From assembly GCF_009914755.1 (NCBI RefSeq), contig NC_060928.1: DNA of 64,000 bases, one strand, 5' to 3'. This DNA comes from the human T2T-CHM13v2.0 reference genome, Homo sapiens. The notes beneath the pieces were generated by a model. The model was not told the origin of the DNA. It saw only the letters and a list, made by a program, of their open reading frames with translations, and did no database searches. The translations under genes and the position numbers were made by a program. How positions within the stretch are numbered: the first letter of the stretch is position 1; each line of letters starts with the position of its first letter. This document shows, piece after piece, positions 11,816-30,805 of the stretch.

Positions 11816-14800
11816 AGGAGATTCCCAGGCAAGATGGTCAAATAGGAACAGCTCTGATCTGCAGCTCCCAGTGACACCAATGCAGAAGGCTGGTGATTTC
11901 TGCATTTCCAACTCAGATACCTGGTTCATCTCACTGGGACTGGTGAGACAGTGGATGCAGCACAAGGAGGGTGGGCAGAAGCAGGGTAGGGTGTCACCTC
12001 ACCCAGGAAGCACAAGGGGTCAGAATACACCCTCCCATAGCTAAGGGAAGCTGTGAGGGGTGGTGCTGTCTGGCCCACATACTAGGCTTGTCCCACGGTC
12101 TTCACAACCCACAGACCAGGAGATTCCCTTGGGTGCCTACACCACCAGGGCCCTGGATTTCAAGCACAAAACTGGGCAGCTGTTGGGGCAGACACTGAGC
12201 CAGCTGCAGGAGTTTTATTTCATGCCCCAGTGGCACCTGGAATGCCAGCGAGAAAGAACCATTCACTCCCCTAAAAAGGGGGCTGAAGCCAGGGAGCCAA
12301 GTGGCCTTGCTCAGTGGATCCCACCCCCACGAAGACCAACAAGCTAAGATCCACTGGCTTGACATCCTCGCTGCTAGCACAGCAGTGTGAAGTCAACCTG
12401 GGACACTTGAGTATGGTGGGGGAGGGGCATCCATCATTACTGAGGCTTGAGTAGGCAGTTTTCCCTTCAACATGTAAACAAAGCTGCCAGTAAGTTCAGA
12501 ATGGGCGAAGCCCACTGCAGTGCAGCAAAGCTGCTGTAGCCAGACTGCCTCTCTAGATTCCTCCTCTATCAGGGGAGCCAGCCCCCAATATTTCAACGTA
12601 GGTTCTTTCTATTTTCCCTAAGTGTCAGCCAGTCTGAGAAATAAAGAGAAAAAATACAAAGAAAGGAATTTTACAGCTGGGCCGCCAGGGGTGACATCAC
12701 ATATTGGTAGGTCTGTGATGCCCCCTGAGCTGTAAAACCAACAAGTTTTTATTAGGGATTTCAAAAGGGGAGGGGGTGTATGAACAGGGAGTAGGTCACA
12801 AAGATCACATGTTTCTGAGGCCAATAAAAGATCACAAGGCAAAAGGCAAAATTAGAATTACTGATGAGGGTCTATGTTCGGCTGTGCATGTATTGTCTTG
12901 ATAAACATCTTAACAGAAAACAGGGTTTGAGAGCAGAGAACTGGTCTGACCTCAAATTCACCAAGGTGGGATTTTTTCCCCACCCTAATAAGCCTGAGGG
13001 TACTGCAGGAGACCAGGGCGTATTTCAGTCCTTATTTCAACCACATAAGACAGACACTCCCAGAGCGGCCGTTTATAGACTGCCCCCCAGGAATGCCATT
13101 CTTTTCCTAGGGTCTTAATGTTTAATATTCCTTTCTAGGAGAAAAATGTAGTGATATCTCTCCTACTTGCATGTCTGTTTATAGGCTCTCTGCAAGAAGA
13201 AAAATGTGGCTCTATTCTGCCTGACCCCACAGGCAGTCAAACCTTATGGTTGTCTCCCCTTGTTCCCTAAAATCACTGTTATTCTGTTCTTTTTCAAGAT
13301 GCACTGATTTCATATTGTTCAAACACATGTTTTACAATCAATTTGTACAATAGTGGTCCTGAGGTGATGTACATCCTCAGCTTACGAAGATAGCAGGATT
13401 AAGAGATTAAAGTAAGACAGGTGTAAGAAATTATAAGAGTATTATTAGGGAATTGATAATTGTCCATATTAAAATGAAATCTTCACAATTTATGTTCAGA
13501 GATTGCAGTAAAGACAGGCATAAGAAATTATAAAAGTATCAATTTTGGGAACTGATAAATGTCCATGAAATCTTCACAATTTATGTTCCTCTGCCGCTGC
13601 TCCAGCCAGTCCCTCCATTCGGGGTCCCTGACTTCCCACAACTCCTCTCTGGGCAGGGCATCTCTGAAAGAAAAGCAGTAGGCCCAGACAGGGGCTTATA
13701 GATCAAACTCCTATCTCCCTAGGAGAGAGCACCTTGGGAAAGGGACAACTGTGGGTGCAGCTTCAGCAGACTTAAATGTTCCTGCCTGCCTGCTCTGAAG
13801 AGAGCAGCAGATCTCCCACCACAGTGCTCGGGCTCTGCTAAGGGACAGACTGCCTCCTCAAGTGAGTCCCTGACCCCTGTGCTTCCTGATGGGGAGACAC
13901 CTCCCAGCAGGTGTTGACAGACACCTCACAGAGGAGAGCTCCAGCTGGCATCTGGCAGGTGCCACTCTGGGATGAAGCTTTCAGAGGAAGGAACAGGCAG
14001 CAATTTTTGCTGTTCTGAAGCCTTCACTGGTGATATGTAGGCAAACAGGGTCTGGAGTGGACCTCTAGCAAACTCCAGAAGACCAGAAGAAGAGGGGCCT
14101 GACTGTTAGAAGGAAAACTAACAAACAGAAAGCAATAGCATCAACATCAACAAAAAGGACAATCACACAAAAACACCATCCAAAGGTCACCAACATCAAA
14201 AAGCAAAGGTAGATAAATCCATGAAGATGAGGAAAAACCAGTGCAAAAATGCAGAAAATTCCAAAAACCAGAATGCCTCTTCTCCTCCAAAGAATCACAA
14301 CTCCTTGCCAGCAAGAGAACAAAACTGGATGGAGAATGAGTTTGATGAATTGACAGAAATAGGCTTCAGGATGTGGCTAATAACAAACTCCTCTGAACTA
14401 AAGGAGCATGTTCTAACACAAAGCAAGGAAGCTAAGAACCTTGAAAAAAGGTTACAGGAACTGCTAACTAGAATAACAAGTTTAAAGAAGGACATAAATG
14501 ACCTGATGGAGCTGAAAAACACAGCATGAGAATTTAGTGAAGCATACACAAGTATCAATAGATGAATTGATCAAGCAGAAGAATGGATATCAGAGATTGA
14601 AGATCAACTTAATGAAATAAGCATGAAGACAAAATTGGAGAAAAAAAGAATAAAAAGGAATGAACAAATCCTCCAAGAAATAAGGGACTATGTGAAAATA
14701 CCAGACCTATGTTTGATTGGTGTACCTGAAAGAGACGTGGAGAATGTAACCAACTTGGAAAACACTCTTCAGGATACTATCCAGGAGAACTTCCCCAACC

Positions 14801-17800
14801 TAGCAAGGCAGGCCAACATTCAAATTCAGGAAACACAGAGGACACCACAAAGATACTCCTCAAGAAGAGCAACCCCAGGACACATAATCATCAGATTCAT
14901 CAAGGTTGAAATGAAGGGAAAAAAATGTTAAGGGCAGCTAGACAGGAAGGCTGGGTTACCAACAAAGGGAAGCCCATCAGACTAACAGCAGATCTCTCTG
15001 CAGACACCCTACAAGCCAGAAGAGAGTGGGGGCCAATATTCGACATTCTTAAAGAATTTTCAATACAAAATTTCATATCCAGCCAAACTAAGCTTCATAA
15101 GTGAAGGAGAAATAAAATCCTTTACAGACAAGCAAATAATGAGGGCTTCCCTTACAAGAGCTCCTGGAGGAAGCACTAAATATGGAAAGGAAAAACTGCT
15201 ACCAGCCACTGCAAAAACATACCAAAATGTAAAGACCATTGACACTATGAAGAAACTGCATCAACTAATGGGCAAAATAACCAGCTAGCATCATAATGAC
15301 AGGATCAAATTCACACATAACAATATTAACCTTAAATGTAAATGGGCTAAATGCCCCTGTTAAAAGACACAGACTAGCAAATAGGATAGACTCAAGATCC
15401 ATCAGGGTGCTGTATTCAGGAGACCCATCTTACGAGCAAATACACACATGGGCTCAAAATAAAGGGATGGAGGAAGATTTACCCAGCAAATGGAAAGCAA
15501 AAAAACAAAAACAAAAACAAAAAGAAAAACCCAGGGGTTGCAATCCTAGTCTCTGATAAAACAGACATTAAACCAACAAAGATAAAAAAAGACAAAGAAG
15601 GGCATTACATAATAGTAACGGGATTGATACAACAAAAAGAGCTAACTATCCTAAATATATATGCACTTCAGGAGCACCTAGATTCATAAAGCAAGTTCTT
15701 AGAGACCTACAAAGAGAGTCAGACTACCACACAATAATAGTGGGAGATGTTAATACCCCACTGTCAATATTAGATGGATCAACAAGACAGAAAATTAACA
15801 AGGATATTCAGGACTTGAACTCTGCTCTGGACCAAGCAGACCTAATAGACATCTACAGAACTCTCCACCCCAAATCAACAGAATATACATTCTTCTCAGC
15901 ACCAGTTCACACTTACTCTTAAAATCGACCACATAATTGGAAGTAAAACACTCCTTAGCAAATACAAAAGAATGGAAGTCATAACAAACAGTCTCTCAGA
16001 CCACAGTGCAATCAAATTAGAACTCAGGATTAAGAAACACATTCAAAACTGCACAACTACATGGAAACTGAACAACCTGCTCCTGAATGACTACTGGGTA
16101 AATAACAAAATTAAGACAGAAATAAATAAGTTCTTTGAAACTGATGAAAACAAAGACACAATGTACCATACTCTCTGGGGCACAGCAAAAGCAGTGTGCA
16201 GAGGGAAATCTATAGCACTAAATTCCAACAGGAGAAAGTGGGAAAGATCTAAAATCAATACCTTAACATCACAATTAAAAGAATTAGAGAAGCAAGAGCA
16301 AACAAATTCAAAAGCTAGCAGGGACAAGAAATAACTAAGATCAGAGCAGAACTGAAGGAGATAGAGACATGAAAAATCCTTGAAAACTTCAATGATTCCA
16401 GGAGCTGGTTTTTTGAAGATTAACAAAATAGAATTCTAGCCAGACTAATAAAGAAGGAAACAGAGAAGAATCAAATAAACACAATAAAAATGATAAAAGG
16501 GATATCACCACTGATCCCAAGGAATACAAACTACCATCAGAGAATGGTACCATAAACACCTCTATGCAAATAAACTAAAAAATCTAGAAGAAATGGATAA
16601 ATTCCTGGACACATACTCCCTCTCAAGATTAAAACAGGAAGAAGTCGAATCTCTGAAAAGGCCAATAATAAGTTCTGAAATTGAGGCAGTAATTAATAGC
16701 CTACCAACCAAGAAACACTGAGGCCAGACAGATTCACAGCTGAATTCTACCAGAGGTACAAAGAGGAGCTGGTATGGTATCAATCCTTCTAAAACTATTC
16801 CAAACAATAGAAAAAGAGGGACTCTTCCCTAACTCATTTTATGAGGCCAGCATCATCAGGATACCAAAACCTGGCAGAGAAACAAGAAAAAAAAATTTCA
16901 GGCCAATATCCCTGATGAACATTGATGCGAAAATTCTCAATAAAATGGCAAACCAAATTCAGCAACACATTAAAAAGCTTATCCACCACGATCAAGTTGG
17001 CTTCATCCCTGGAATGCAAGCCTGCTTCAACATATGCAAATCAATAAAAATAATCCAAAACATAAACAGAACCAGTAACAAAAATCACAATTTTATCTCA
17101 ATAGATGCAGAAAAGGCCTTTGACAAAATTCAACACCCCTTCATGCTAAAAACACTCAATAAACTAGGTATCTCAAAATAATAAGAGCTATTTATGACAA
17201 ACCCACAACCAATATCATACTGAATGGGCAAAAACTGGAAGCATTCCCTTCAAAAACTGGCTCAAGACAAGGATGCCCTTTCTCACACTCCTATTCAACA
17301 TAGTATTGGAAGTTCTGGCCAGGGCAATCAGGCAAGAGAAAGAAACAAAGGTATTCAAATAGGAAGAGAGGAAGTCAAATTGTCTCTGCAGATAACATGA
17401 TTGTATATTTAGAAAACCCCAGCACCTCAGCCCAAAAACTCCTTAAGCAGATATGCAACTTCAGCAAAGTTTCAGGGTGCAAAATCAATGTAGGAAAATT
17501 ACAAGCATTCCTTTACACCAATAAAAGATAAACAGAGAGCCAAATAATAAGTGAACTCTCATTCACAATTGCTACAAAGAGAATAAAATACCTAGGAATA
17601 CAACTTACAAGGGATGTGAAGGACCTCTTCAGGAAGAACTACAAACCACTGCTCAAGGAAATAAGAGAGGACACAAACAAATGGAAAAATAGTCCATGCT
17701 CATGGATAGGAAGGATCAATATCGTGTAAATGGCCATACTGCCCAAAGTAATGCATCGATTCAATGCTATCCCCATCAAACTATCATTGACTTTCTTCAC

Positions 17801-19340
17801 AGAATTTTAAAAAACTACTTTAAGTTTCATATAGAACCAAAAAAGAGCTTGTATAGTCAAGACAATCCTAAGCAAACACAACAAAGCTGGAGGCATCATG
17901 CTACCTGATCTCAAACTATACAAGACTACAGTAACCAAAACACATGGTACTGATACCAAAACAGATATATAGACCAATGGACCAAAATAGAGGCCTCAGA
18001 AATACCACCACACATCTACAACCATCTATCTTTGACAAAGCTGACAAAAACAAGCAATGGGGAAAAGTTCCCTATTTAACAGATGGTGTTGGGAAAAGTG
18101 GCTAGCCCTATGCAGAAAACTGAAACTGGACCCCTTCCTTACACCTTATACAAAAATTAACTCAAGATGGATTAAAGATTTAAACATAAGATGTAAAACC
18201 ATAAAAATTCCAGAAGAAAACCTAGGCAATACCATTCAGGACATAGGTATGGGCAAAGACTTCATGACTAAAGCACCAAAAGCAATTGCAACAAAAGCCA
18301 AAATTGACAAATGGGGTCTAATTAAACTAAAGACCTTCTGCACAGCCAAATAATCTATCAGTGTGAAATACAGAATGACAACATACAGAATGGGAGAAAA
18401 TTTTTGTAATCTATCCATCTGACCAAAGGCTAATATCCAGAATCTTCTAGGAACTTATACAAATTTACAAGAAAAAAACAAACAACCCCATCAAAAAGTG
18501 GACGAAAGATATGAACAGATACTTTTCAAAAGAAAACATTTATGCGGCCAACAAACATATGAAAAAAAGCTCATCATCACTGGTCATTAGAGAAATGCAA
18601 ATCAAAACCACAATGAGATACCATCTCATGCCAGTTAGAATGGTGATCATTAAAAAGTCAGGAAACAGCAGATGCTGGAGAGGATGTGGAGAAATAGGAG
18701 TGCTTTTACGCTGTTGGTGGGAGTGAAATTAGTTTAATTATTGTGGAAGACAGTGTGGGGATTCCTCAAGGATCTAGAACTAGAAATACCATTTGACCCA
18801 GCAATCCCATTACTGGGTATATACCCAAAGGATTATAAATCATTCTACTACAAAGACACATGCACACGTATGTTTATTGTGGCACTATTCACAATACCAA
18901 AGACTAGGAACCAACTCACATGTCCAACAATGATAGACTGGATAAAGAAAATGTGGCACATATCCACCATGGAATACTATACAGCCATAAAAAAAGGATG
19001 AGTTAATTTCCTTTGCAGGGACATGGATTAAGCTGGAAACCGTCATTCTCAGCAAACTAACACAGGAACAGAAAACCAAACACCACATGTTCTCACTTAT
19101 AAGTGGGAGTTGAACAATGAGAACACATGGACACAGGGAGGGGAACATCACACACCAGGGCCTGTCATGGGGTGGGGGCAAGGGGTGGGATAGCATTAGG
19201 AGAAATACCTAATGTAGATGATGGGTTGATGGGTGCAGCAAATCACCATGGCACATGTATACCTTTGTAACAAACCTGATTTTTCAGCACATGTATCCCA
19301 GAACTTAAAGTGTAAAAAACAAACAAACAAAAAAATCAAG
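11816..19340 (+). mobile_element. Full-length L1PA7-like LINE-1 (ORF1 ~14221-15230, ORF2 from 15296, both disrupted); 5'UTR split by MER11
   Basis: 5' 'caagatggtcaaataggaacagct', ORF2 start MTGSNSHITILTLNVNGLN, L1PA7-type 3'UTR, A-rich tail. TSD ~AACCTCTTTCC (11805-11815) and AAACTCTTTCC (19342-19352). Confidence 0.93.
12567..13641 (-). mobile_element. MER11 (HERV-K11/HML-8) solo LTR, MER11B/C-like
   Basis: Minus strand starts 'ttgtgggaagtcagggacccc' and ends 'aatattgggggctggctcccctgata'. Internal repeat 'gaaatcttcacaatttatgttc' occurs twice. 6-bp TSD CTCCTC at 12561-12566 and 13642-13647. Confidence 0.9.
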
Positions 19341-19739
19341 AAAACTCTTTCCTAATAAATTACCCAGTCCCTGGCAGTTCTTCATAGCAGCGTGAGAACA
19401 AAGTGATACAGCATGTATTGCCAACAGTGAGAATGTATTTGTAATCAACCATGATTTCTGGAAGTTTAAACTCATTATCCCAAAACAGTGTGGGAGTCCA
19501 GTGCCTCAACAACAGCTCATTAACAAGGAAGACTATTTTGGGGGGGAAATTGTGATGGTACAAATGTTTAATCTGTGGTCCATGAAACAGCCTCACCAAA
19601 AATAAAAATATTTCTTACCTTGCTGTTACTTTGAAAATTATTTTGTGAAAAAAATATTTAAGTAAAATTATAATGTTTATTCCAAATACATATAGGGTAG
19701 CTGAGTATTCTGATATACATGACAAGATAATGATTTTGC

Positions 19740-19945
19740 AGAGAGGTTAGGAACTCAGTTTAGGAGCCAGACTACCTAGATTAGAATATGACCTCACTAT
19801 ATATATGATTTTGACAAAGTACCTAATCTCTGTGCCTCAATTTCCTCATCTGTAAAATGGAAATAAAAATAGTATCTAACCCAAAGTGTTGAATCTAACA
19901 CAGAGTAAGAACCCACAAAATATTAGACGTTATTGTTATAATTAT
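19740..19945 (+). mobile_element. MIR SINE
   Basis: MIR core 'tctctgtgcctcaatttcctcatctgtaaaatggaaataaaaatagta'. Confidence 0.8.
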
Positions 19946-20019
19946 CATGATGATGATGATGATCATTAAGCCTGACTAAAAATAGGGTGGAAGAGAGGGA
20001 GAAAATGAGGGAAGGAAAT

Positions 20020-21848
20020 GAGGTTTATATATCCTTTGGTTTATGTTCAGCATCTAACTTGATGAAACATAGAAGTTTGGTGATCCTATTCCTATGTGCC
20101 AAGGTTCTTGCCGGCAGAGGTACTTAGCAAAAGAAGCTAACAGTTGTCCATTATGTTCATCCTGAAGATATATAAGACTTAGTGAATTTTCATTACAAAA
20201 ATGAGGCTGTTTTACAGAAATATTAATTTGACCCCAACACCCAAAGCTTGTCTTGAAGCAACCTACAAGGCTACCGATATATTGACAGGTTAATTGACCA
20301 ATTTACATTCACAGCAGGATTAGAGAAACTGTTGACATATGTGCCATACAAATTGTTGAGCTGATTTGTGGACCAAAGAACTGAAATCAAAAGTATGTCA
20401 CCGTAAAATCCTGTTATCCAATCACTGACATTTCTCTTAATGTCTTGAATTGAACCATGGTGGAAAAATCATTTCCCTTCAGCACTCAACCAGATAAAAC
20501 TATTTACATCTTCAAGGGCAAATGAGCTCTTGTAGGAATTCCTATCTTCTGAGCCCATTTTAGAAACACTAAGAGCTGTCAACATTGTTACTTTGCCAAG
20601 CAAAACTTCAACTAAAAGAAAATTCTGCTATTTTGTGCAAAATAGAGCACCTGTGATGCTTGGCAATACATCTAGTTTTGTTGTTTTGATGAAAAATGAA
20701 GCAACCCATGACACTGGAATGCATTGCTGTACGAATTGGCTTGCATTGGTAGCAAGGACTTGGCCAACAACACTGAAAGAAGTGTTTTCTGCTGCTATGA
20801 AAGTTGTCAACTTCATCAGAGCTGGATACTTGGATCAACATCTTTTTAAGAAATTTTGTCAAAAAGTGGAATAAGAGTAAAATTTTATTCTAGTATGTGG
20901 ACCCTTACTGGCATTCCAGAGAACAAGTCAATGCATTTGCGTAAATTTCAGAGGAAAAGAAGAAAAAAAAAAACACTCGGAACAATTTGAAAGAGAGATA
21001 CTCATTCATTGCTTCATTTAACTTGGCAAGTATTTTTGGCCGTGTGTGTGAGGTAAATCTTCTGATCCAAAGCCTTGCTCCTGAAAAATCATGAGCAGAT
21101 TTTTCTACAAAGATGCCAACAGAAGTGCTTCACGGCATGATGTTAAAACTGACAAATCATTGTCGATTTCTCAGCAGGCAGTCTTTAGAGAGCCAGAAGC
21201 ACTGTAGACCTCTTCTGAGGATTTCTTCAGCTTCTTAGACCTTGAAATGAGCATTTTAAATTCATTCCTTGATGACATGGCATTAGTAGTGCAAATTTTA
21301 TTAAAGATGACCCCACTGCCTTGAGAACTAAGGAAATGAAGTGACCCAAATTCAATGTAAGAAGACTTATTCAGTCCTCATGCTCTAACATCTGCTCACT
21401 CTGACTGGGCAAAACAAATTTTAGTAGATTTGATTCTGTTTGTTTTCATATATATCTGTAAGTTAGAACTTTCAGAAATTTTGCCTTAAAAAAAGCAAAT
21501 ATTCATAATCAACTTGAGTTCAAAGATGACTTAAATGTTTCTATGTCAAAGTCCACTCCACTAAACCAAACAACAAACAGTCTTATTTTGGAAAGAAACT
21601 ACTGAAAAGAAAGAAAATTACTTTTTCATTTTATTTGCACAATTTGGATTTGTTTTTATTTTTTTCCACTCAGAAGTCACCAGTTTTTTCATGATAACCC
21701 CGTCCAAAGAATACATATGAACACATATTCCTAAAAAGCCACTGAATATCTTTTGGGCTTGTTTTTCTACACAGACCAAAATAATATTTACCAAAAAAAG
21801 TTATGTCGTTTTAGATTCTATGCAAAAGAAAGTTGAGAACCAAAGTAA
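20020..21848 (+). mobile_element. hAT-Charlie/Buster DNA transposon fossil with a degenerate transposase
   Basis: Colinear motifs FSTQPDKT (20478), RAPVMLG...MHCCTNWLALVARTWPTTLKEVFSAAMKVVNFIR (ORF 20593-20874), YWHSREQV (~20905) and LILFVFIYICKLELS/HNQLEFKDDLNVSMSKSTP (21430-21560). TIR-like 'aaagttgagaacca' ~21828-21842. Confidence 0.75.
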
Positions 21849-22244
21849 ACTAGGCTTCACAGAGAGAAAATTGATAAATTGCCTTAATCTACTGTTCCTG
21901 AGATACAGTATGATAGTTTGAGACTAGTCAACTTGCATCTAAGTTGATTAATCATCGGATCTTCCTTGAATACCAAGTTTACAAAGATGCACTGAGCATG
22001 AGGAAGTCTTGAACACTTCGGACGTGTTGCAGGTTCAGAAATAAGTCCTGATTGTGTAATAATTTTTAAAGCCTTCTTTATTAATTTAAAGGGGATGTTT
22101 TAGATACAGTGCTGGAAAACACATAGGTTTGAACTCATTGCATACAGAGATAATGTGTATGTTCCTAGGGTATATATGACTACCCCTGAAAATGTCTATA
22201 TCTGAATATTATGAGGAAAGCAACTTCATCTTCCTCCATTCAGA

Positions 22245-23681
22245 TGAGAGGTGACAGCGTGCTGGCAGCCCTCACAGCCCTCGCTCACTCTCGGCGACTC
22301 CTTGGCCTTGGCACCCACTCTGGCAGTGTTTAAGGAGCCCTTCAGCTCGCCACTGTGCTGTGGGAACCCCTTTCTGGGCTGGCCAAGGCCGAAGCCAGCT
22401 CCCTCAGCTTGCGGGGAGGTGTGGAGGGAGAAATGCAGGCGGGAACCGGGGCTGTGCTCCGTGCTTGCGGGCCAGTGCTAGTTCCGGGTGGGCATGGGCT
22501 CTGTGGCCCACACTCGGAGTGGCCCAACAGCCCCGCTGGCCTGGGCAGTAAGGAGCTTAGCACCTTGGCCAGGAGCTGCTGTGCTCGACTTCTCACCAGG
22601 CCTTAGCTGCCTCCCAGTGGGGCAGGGCTCTGGACCTGCAGGCCACCATGCCTGAGTCTCTGCCCACCCCTCCCCCTTCCCCCTCTCCCATCCCGCCACC
22701 CCCACCCACCGCCTGCCCCATCAACCACCCAAGGGCTCCACAACACCCAGTCCCATTGACCACCCCAGGGCTGACAAGTGCAGGTGCAGGGCACAGGACT
22801 GGCAGACAGCTCCACCTATGGCCCCAGTATGGGATCCACTGGGTGAAGCCAACTGGGCTCCTTAGTCTGGTGGGGACTTGGAGAACCTTTATGTCTAGCT
22901 AAGGGATTGTAAATACACCAATAGGCACTCTGTATCTAGCTCAAGGTTTGTAAACACACCAATCAGCACCCTGTGTCTAGCTCAGAGTTTGTGAATGCAC
23001 CAATGGGGACACTCTGTATCTAGCTACTCTGGTGGGGACTTGGAGAACCTTTGTGTGACACTCTGTATCTAGCTAATCTAGTGGGGATGTGGAGAAATTT
23101 TGTGTCTAGCTCAGGGATTGTAAACACACCAATCAGCACCCAGTCAAAAAGGACCAATCAGCTCTCTGTAAAACAGACCAATGGGCTCTCTGTAAAATGG
23201 ACCAATCAGCAGGATTTGGGTGGGGCCAGATAAGAGAATAAAAGCAGGCTGCCAGAGCCAGCAGTGGCAACCCTCTTGGGTTCCCTTCGACACTGTGGAA
23301 GCTTTGTTCTTTTGCTCTTTATAATAAATCTTCTTGCTGCTCACTCTTTGGGTCCACACTACCTTTATGAGCTGTAACACTCACTGCGAAGGTCTGCAGC
23401 TTCACTCCTGAAGCCAGCAAGACCATGAACCCATCAGGAGGAATGAACAACTCCAGATGTGCACTTTAAGAGCTGTAACACTCACCGCAAAGGTCTGCAG
23501 CTTCAATCCTGAGCCAGCGAGACCACGAACCCACCAGAAAGAAGAAACTCCAAACACATCCGAACATCAGAAGGAACAAGCTCCGGACATGCTGCCTTAA
23601 AGAACTGTAACACTCACTGCGAGGGTCCGCGGCTTCATTCTTAAAGTCAGTGAGACCAAGAACTCAGCAATTCCAGACACA
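22245..23681 (+). mobile_element. LTR12C-like (ERV9) solo LTR
   Basis: Starts TGAGAGGTGACAGCGTGCTGGCAG, has U3 CCAAT/TATC tandem repeats and U5 'ctgtaacactcac' repeats, ends AATTCCAGACACA. 4-bp TSD CAGA at 22241-22244 and 23682-23685. Confidence 0.95.
22880..23260 (+). promoter_or_regulatory. LTR12 U3 enhancer/promoter (NF-Y CCAAT cluster, GATA motifs, ATAAAA TATA-like box)
   Basis: Repeated CCAAT from ~22917 to 23206, GATA 'agataag' ~23228, 'gaataaaagc' ~23236. Activity inferred from the family, not shown for this copy. Confidence 0.6.
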
Positions 23682-24087
23682 CAGACACAGTTCTTTCAAT
23701 AGTGACAACAAAGATTGCAAACTTATCTGCATGCAAAAAGCTTATATTATGGTTGGAGACCCACATATAGCTGACAGGTCTTGCATGATTATCTAGGACT
23801 AATAATCTACTAATTTCAAAATAACAATAGTGATAATGCTACCTGTAGAAATGGAGCAGCACAATACAGAACATCATAGCAAAGAAAGGAAATCACATTA
23901 TTTGGGAAATTTGTATTATTGTTTTTATCAAAAATACCAAGCCACAAATCAAACAACACATTAGAATAAAATTGGGATCTATTCTCCTTAAACTTAGGTT
24001 TATTATTTATTATTCCTGTAATTCATCACTTAAGGTAATAAGGCATTACTACAAAATGAGATTCAAATTTATCAGTACAGATTTTTC

Positions 24088-30166
<6,079 letters not shown>

Positions 30167-30487
30167 CAGATTTTTCAAATAAGCACGAGTAATAGTATTT
30201 ACAAAAGAATAGTTTGAAAACACTCATGACTTAATTTCTAGTGAAATAAATGCCAATAATAAAGAGAACAAATGCCACAGAATTTCTGGAGATGATGTAT
30301 TATCAAGCTTTGTGATTGATAATCTATATACTTTTGAAGAAGAGCATGTTCTAGGTTTTGAAGATTATAAAACCTTTATTGTTTGCTGTTTGTTACATAG
30401 TGTGATCTTCTTGAACACAGATTTCCATTAGAATTCTTCTATTTTCCTGTTTGAACTGCTTACTAGTACTCAATAAAATAGCTTAAT

Positions 30488-30805
30488 TGCCATGGTCCAA
30501 ATTCTGTGTCCTCCTAAAATTCATATGTTGAAATATAATCCCTAATATTAGTATTAGGAGGTGGGGTCTTTCAGAGTTAATGGGATTAGTACCCTTCTGA
30601 AAGAGATGCTGAAGCTCTAGCTCACTCCTTCTACCAGGTGAGGATACAACTATGAACCAGAAAGGGGGCTCTTACCACACACCAAATCTGCTGATATCTC
30701 GATCTTGGACTTTTCAGCCTCCAGAACTGTGAGAAATAAATTTTTATTGTTTATAAGCTACCCAGTTTATAGTAGTTTGTTTTAGCAGGCCAAATTGACT
30801 AAACA
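30488..30805 (+). mobile_element. MLT1A0-like MaLR solo LTR
   Basis: 'aaaattcatatgttgaaa...cagcctccagaactgtgagaaataaa...gactaaaca'. 5-bp TSD TTAAT at 30483-30487 and 30806-30810. Confidence 0.85.

Larger units (their letters stand above)
9523..19410 (+). mobile_element. Complete THE1C-like MaLR provirus: 5'LTR 9523-9899, internal 9900-11423, 3'LTR 11424-11815 plus 19341-19410 (split by an L1)
   Basis: Both LTRs start TGATATGG and end ...ATACA. THE1-int lies between them. 5-bp flanks GCATC (9518-9522) and GCATG (19411-19415). Confidence 0.92.

Noticed and set aside
15296-19001. Active L1 ORF2 (also 28089-24322 and 53503-51466)
   Set aside because: Each ORF2 is split into many fragments by stops, frameshifts and small deletions, so none is retrotransposition-competent.
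22251-22902. Overlapping Pro/Gly-rich ORFs
   Set aside because: They reflect stop-codon scarcity in the GC-rich LTR12C U3 and contain no recognisable domain.
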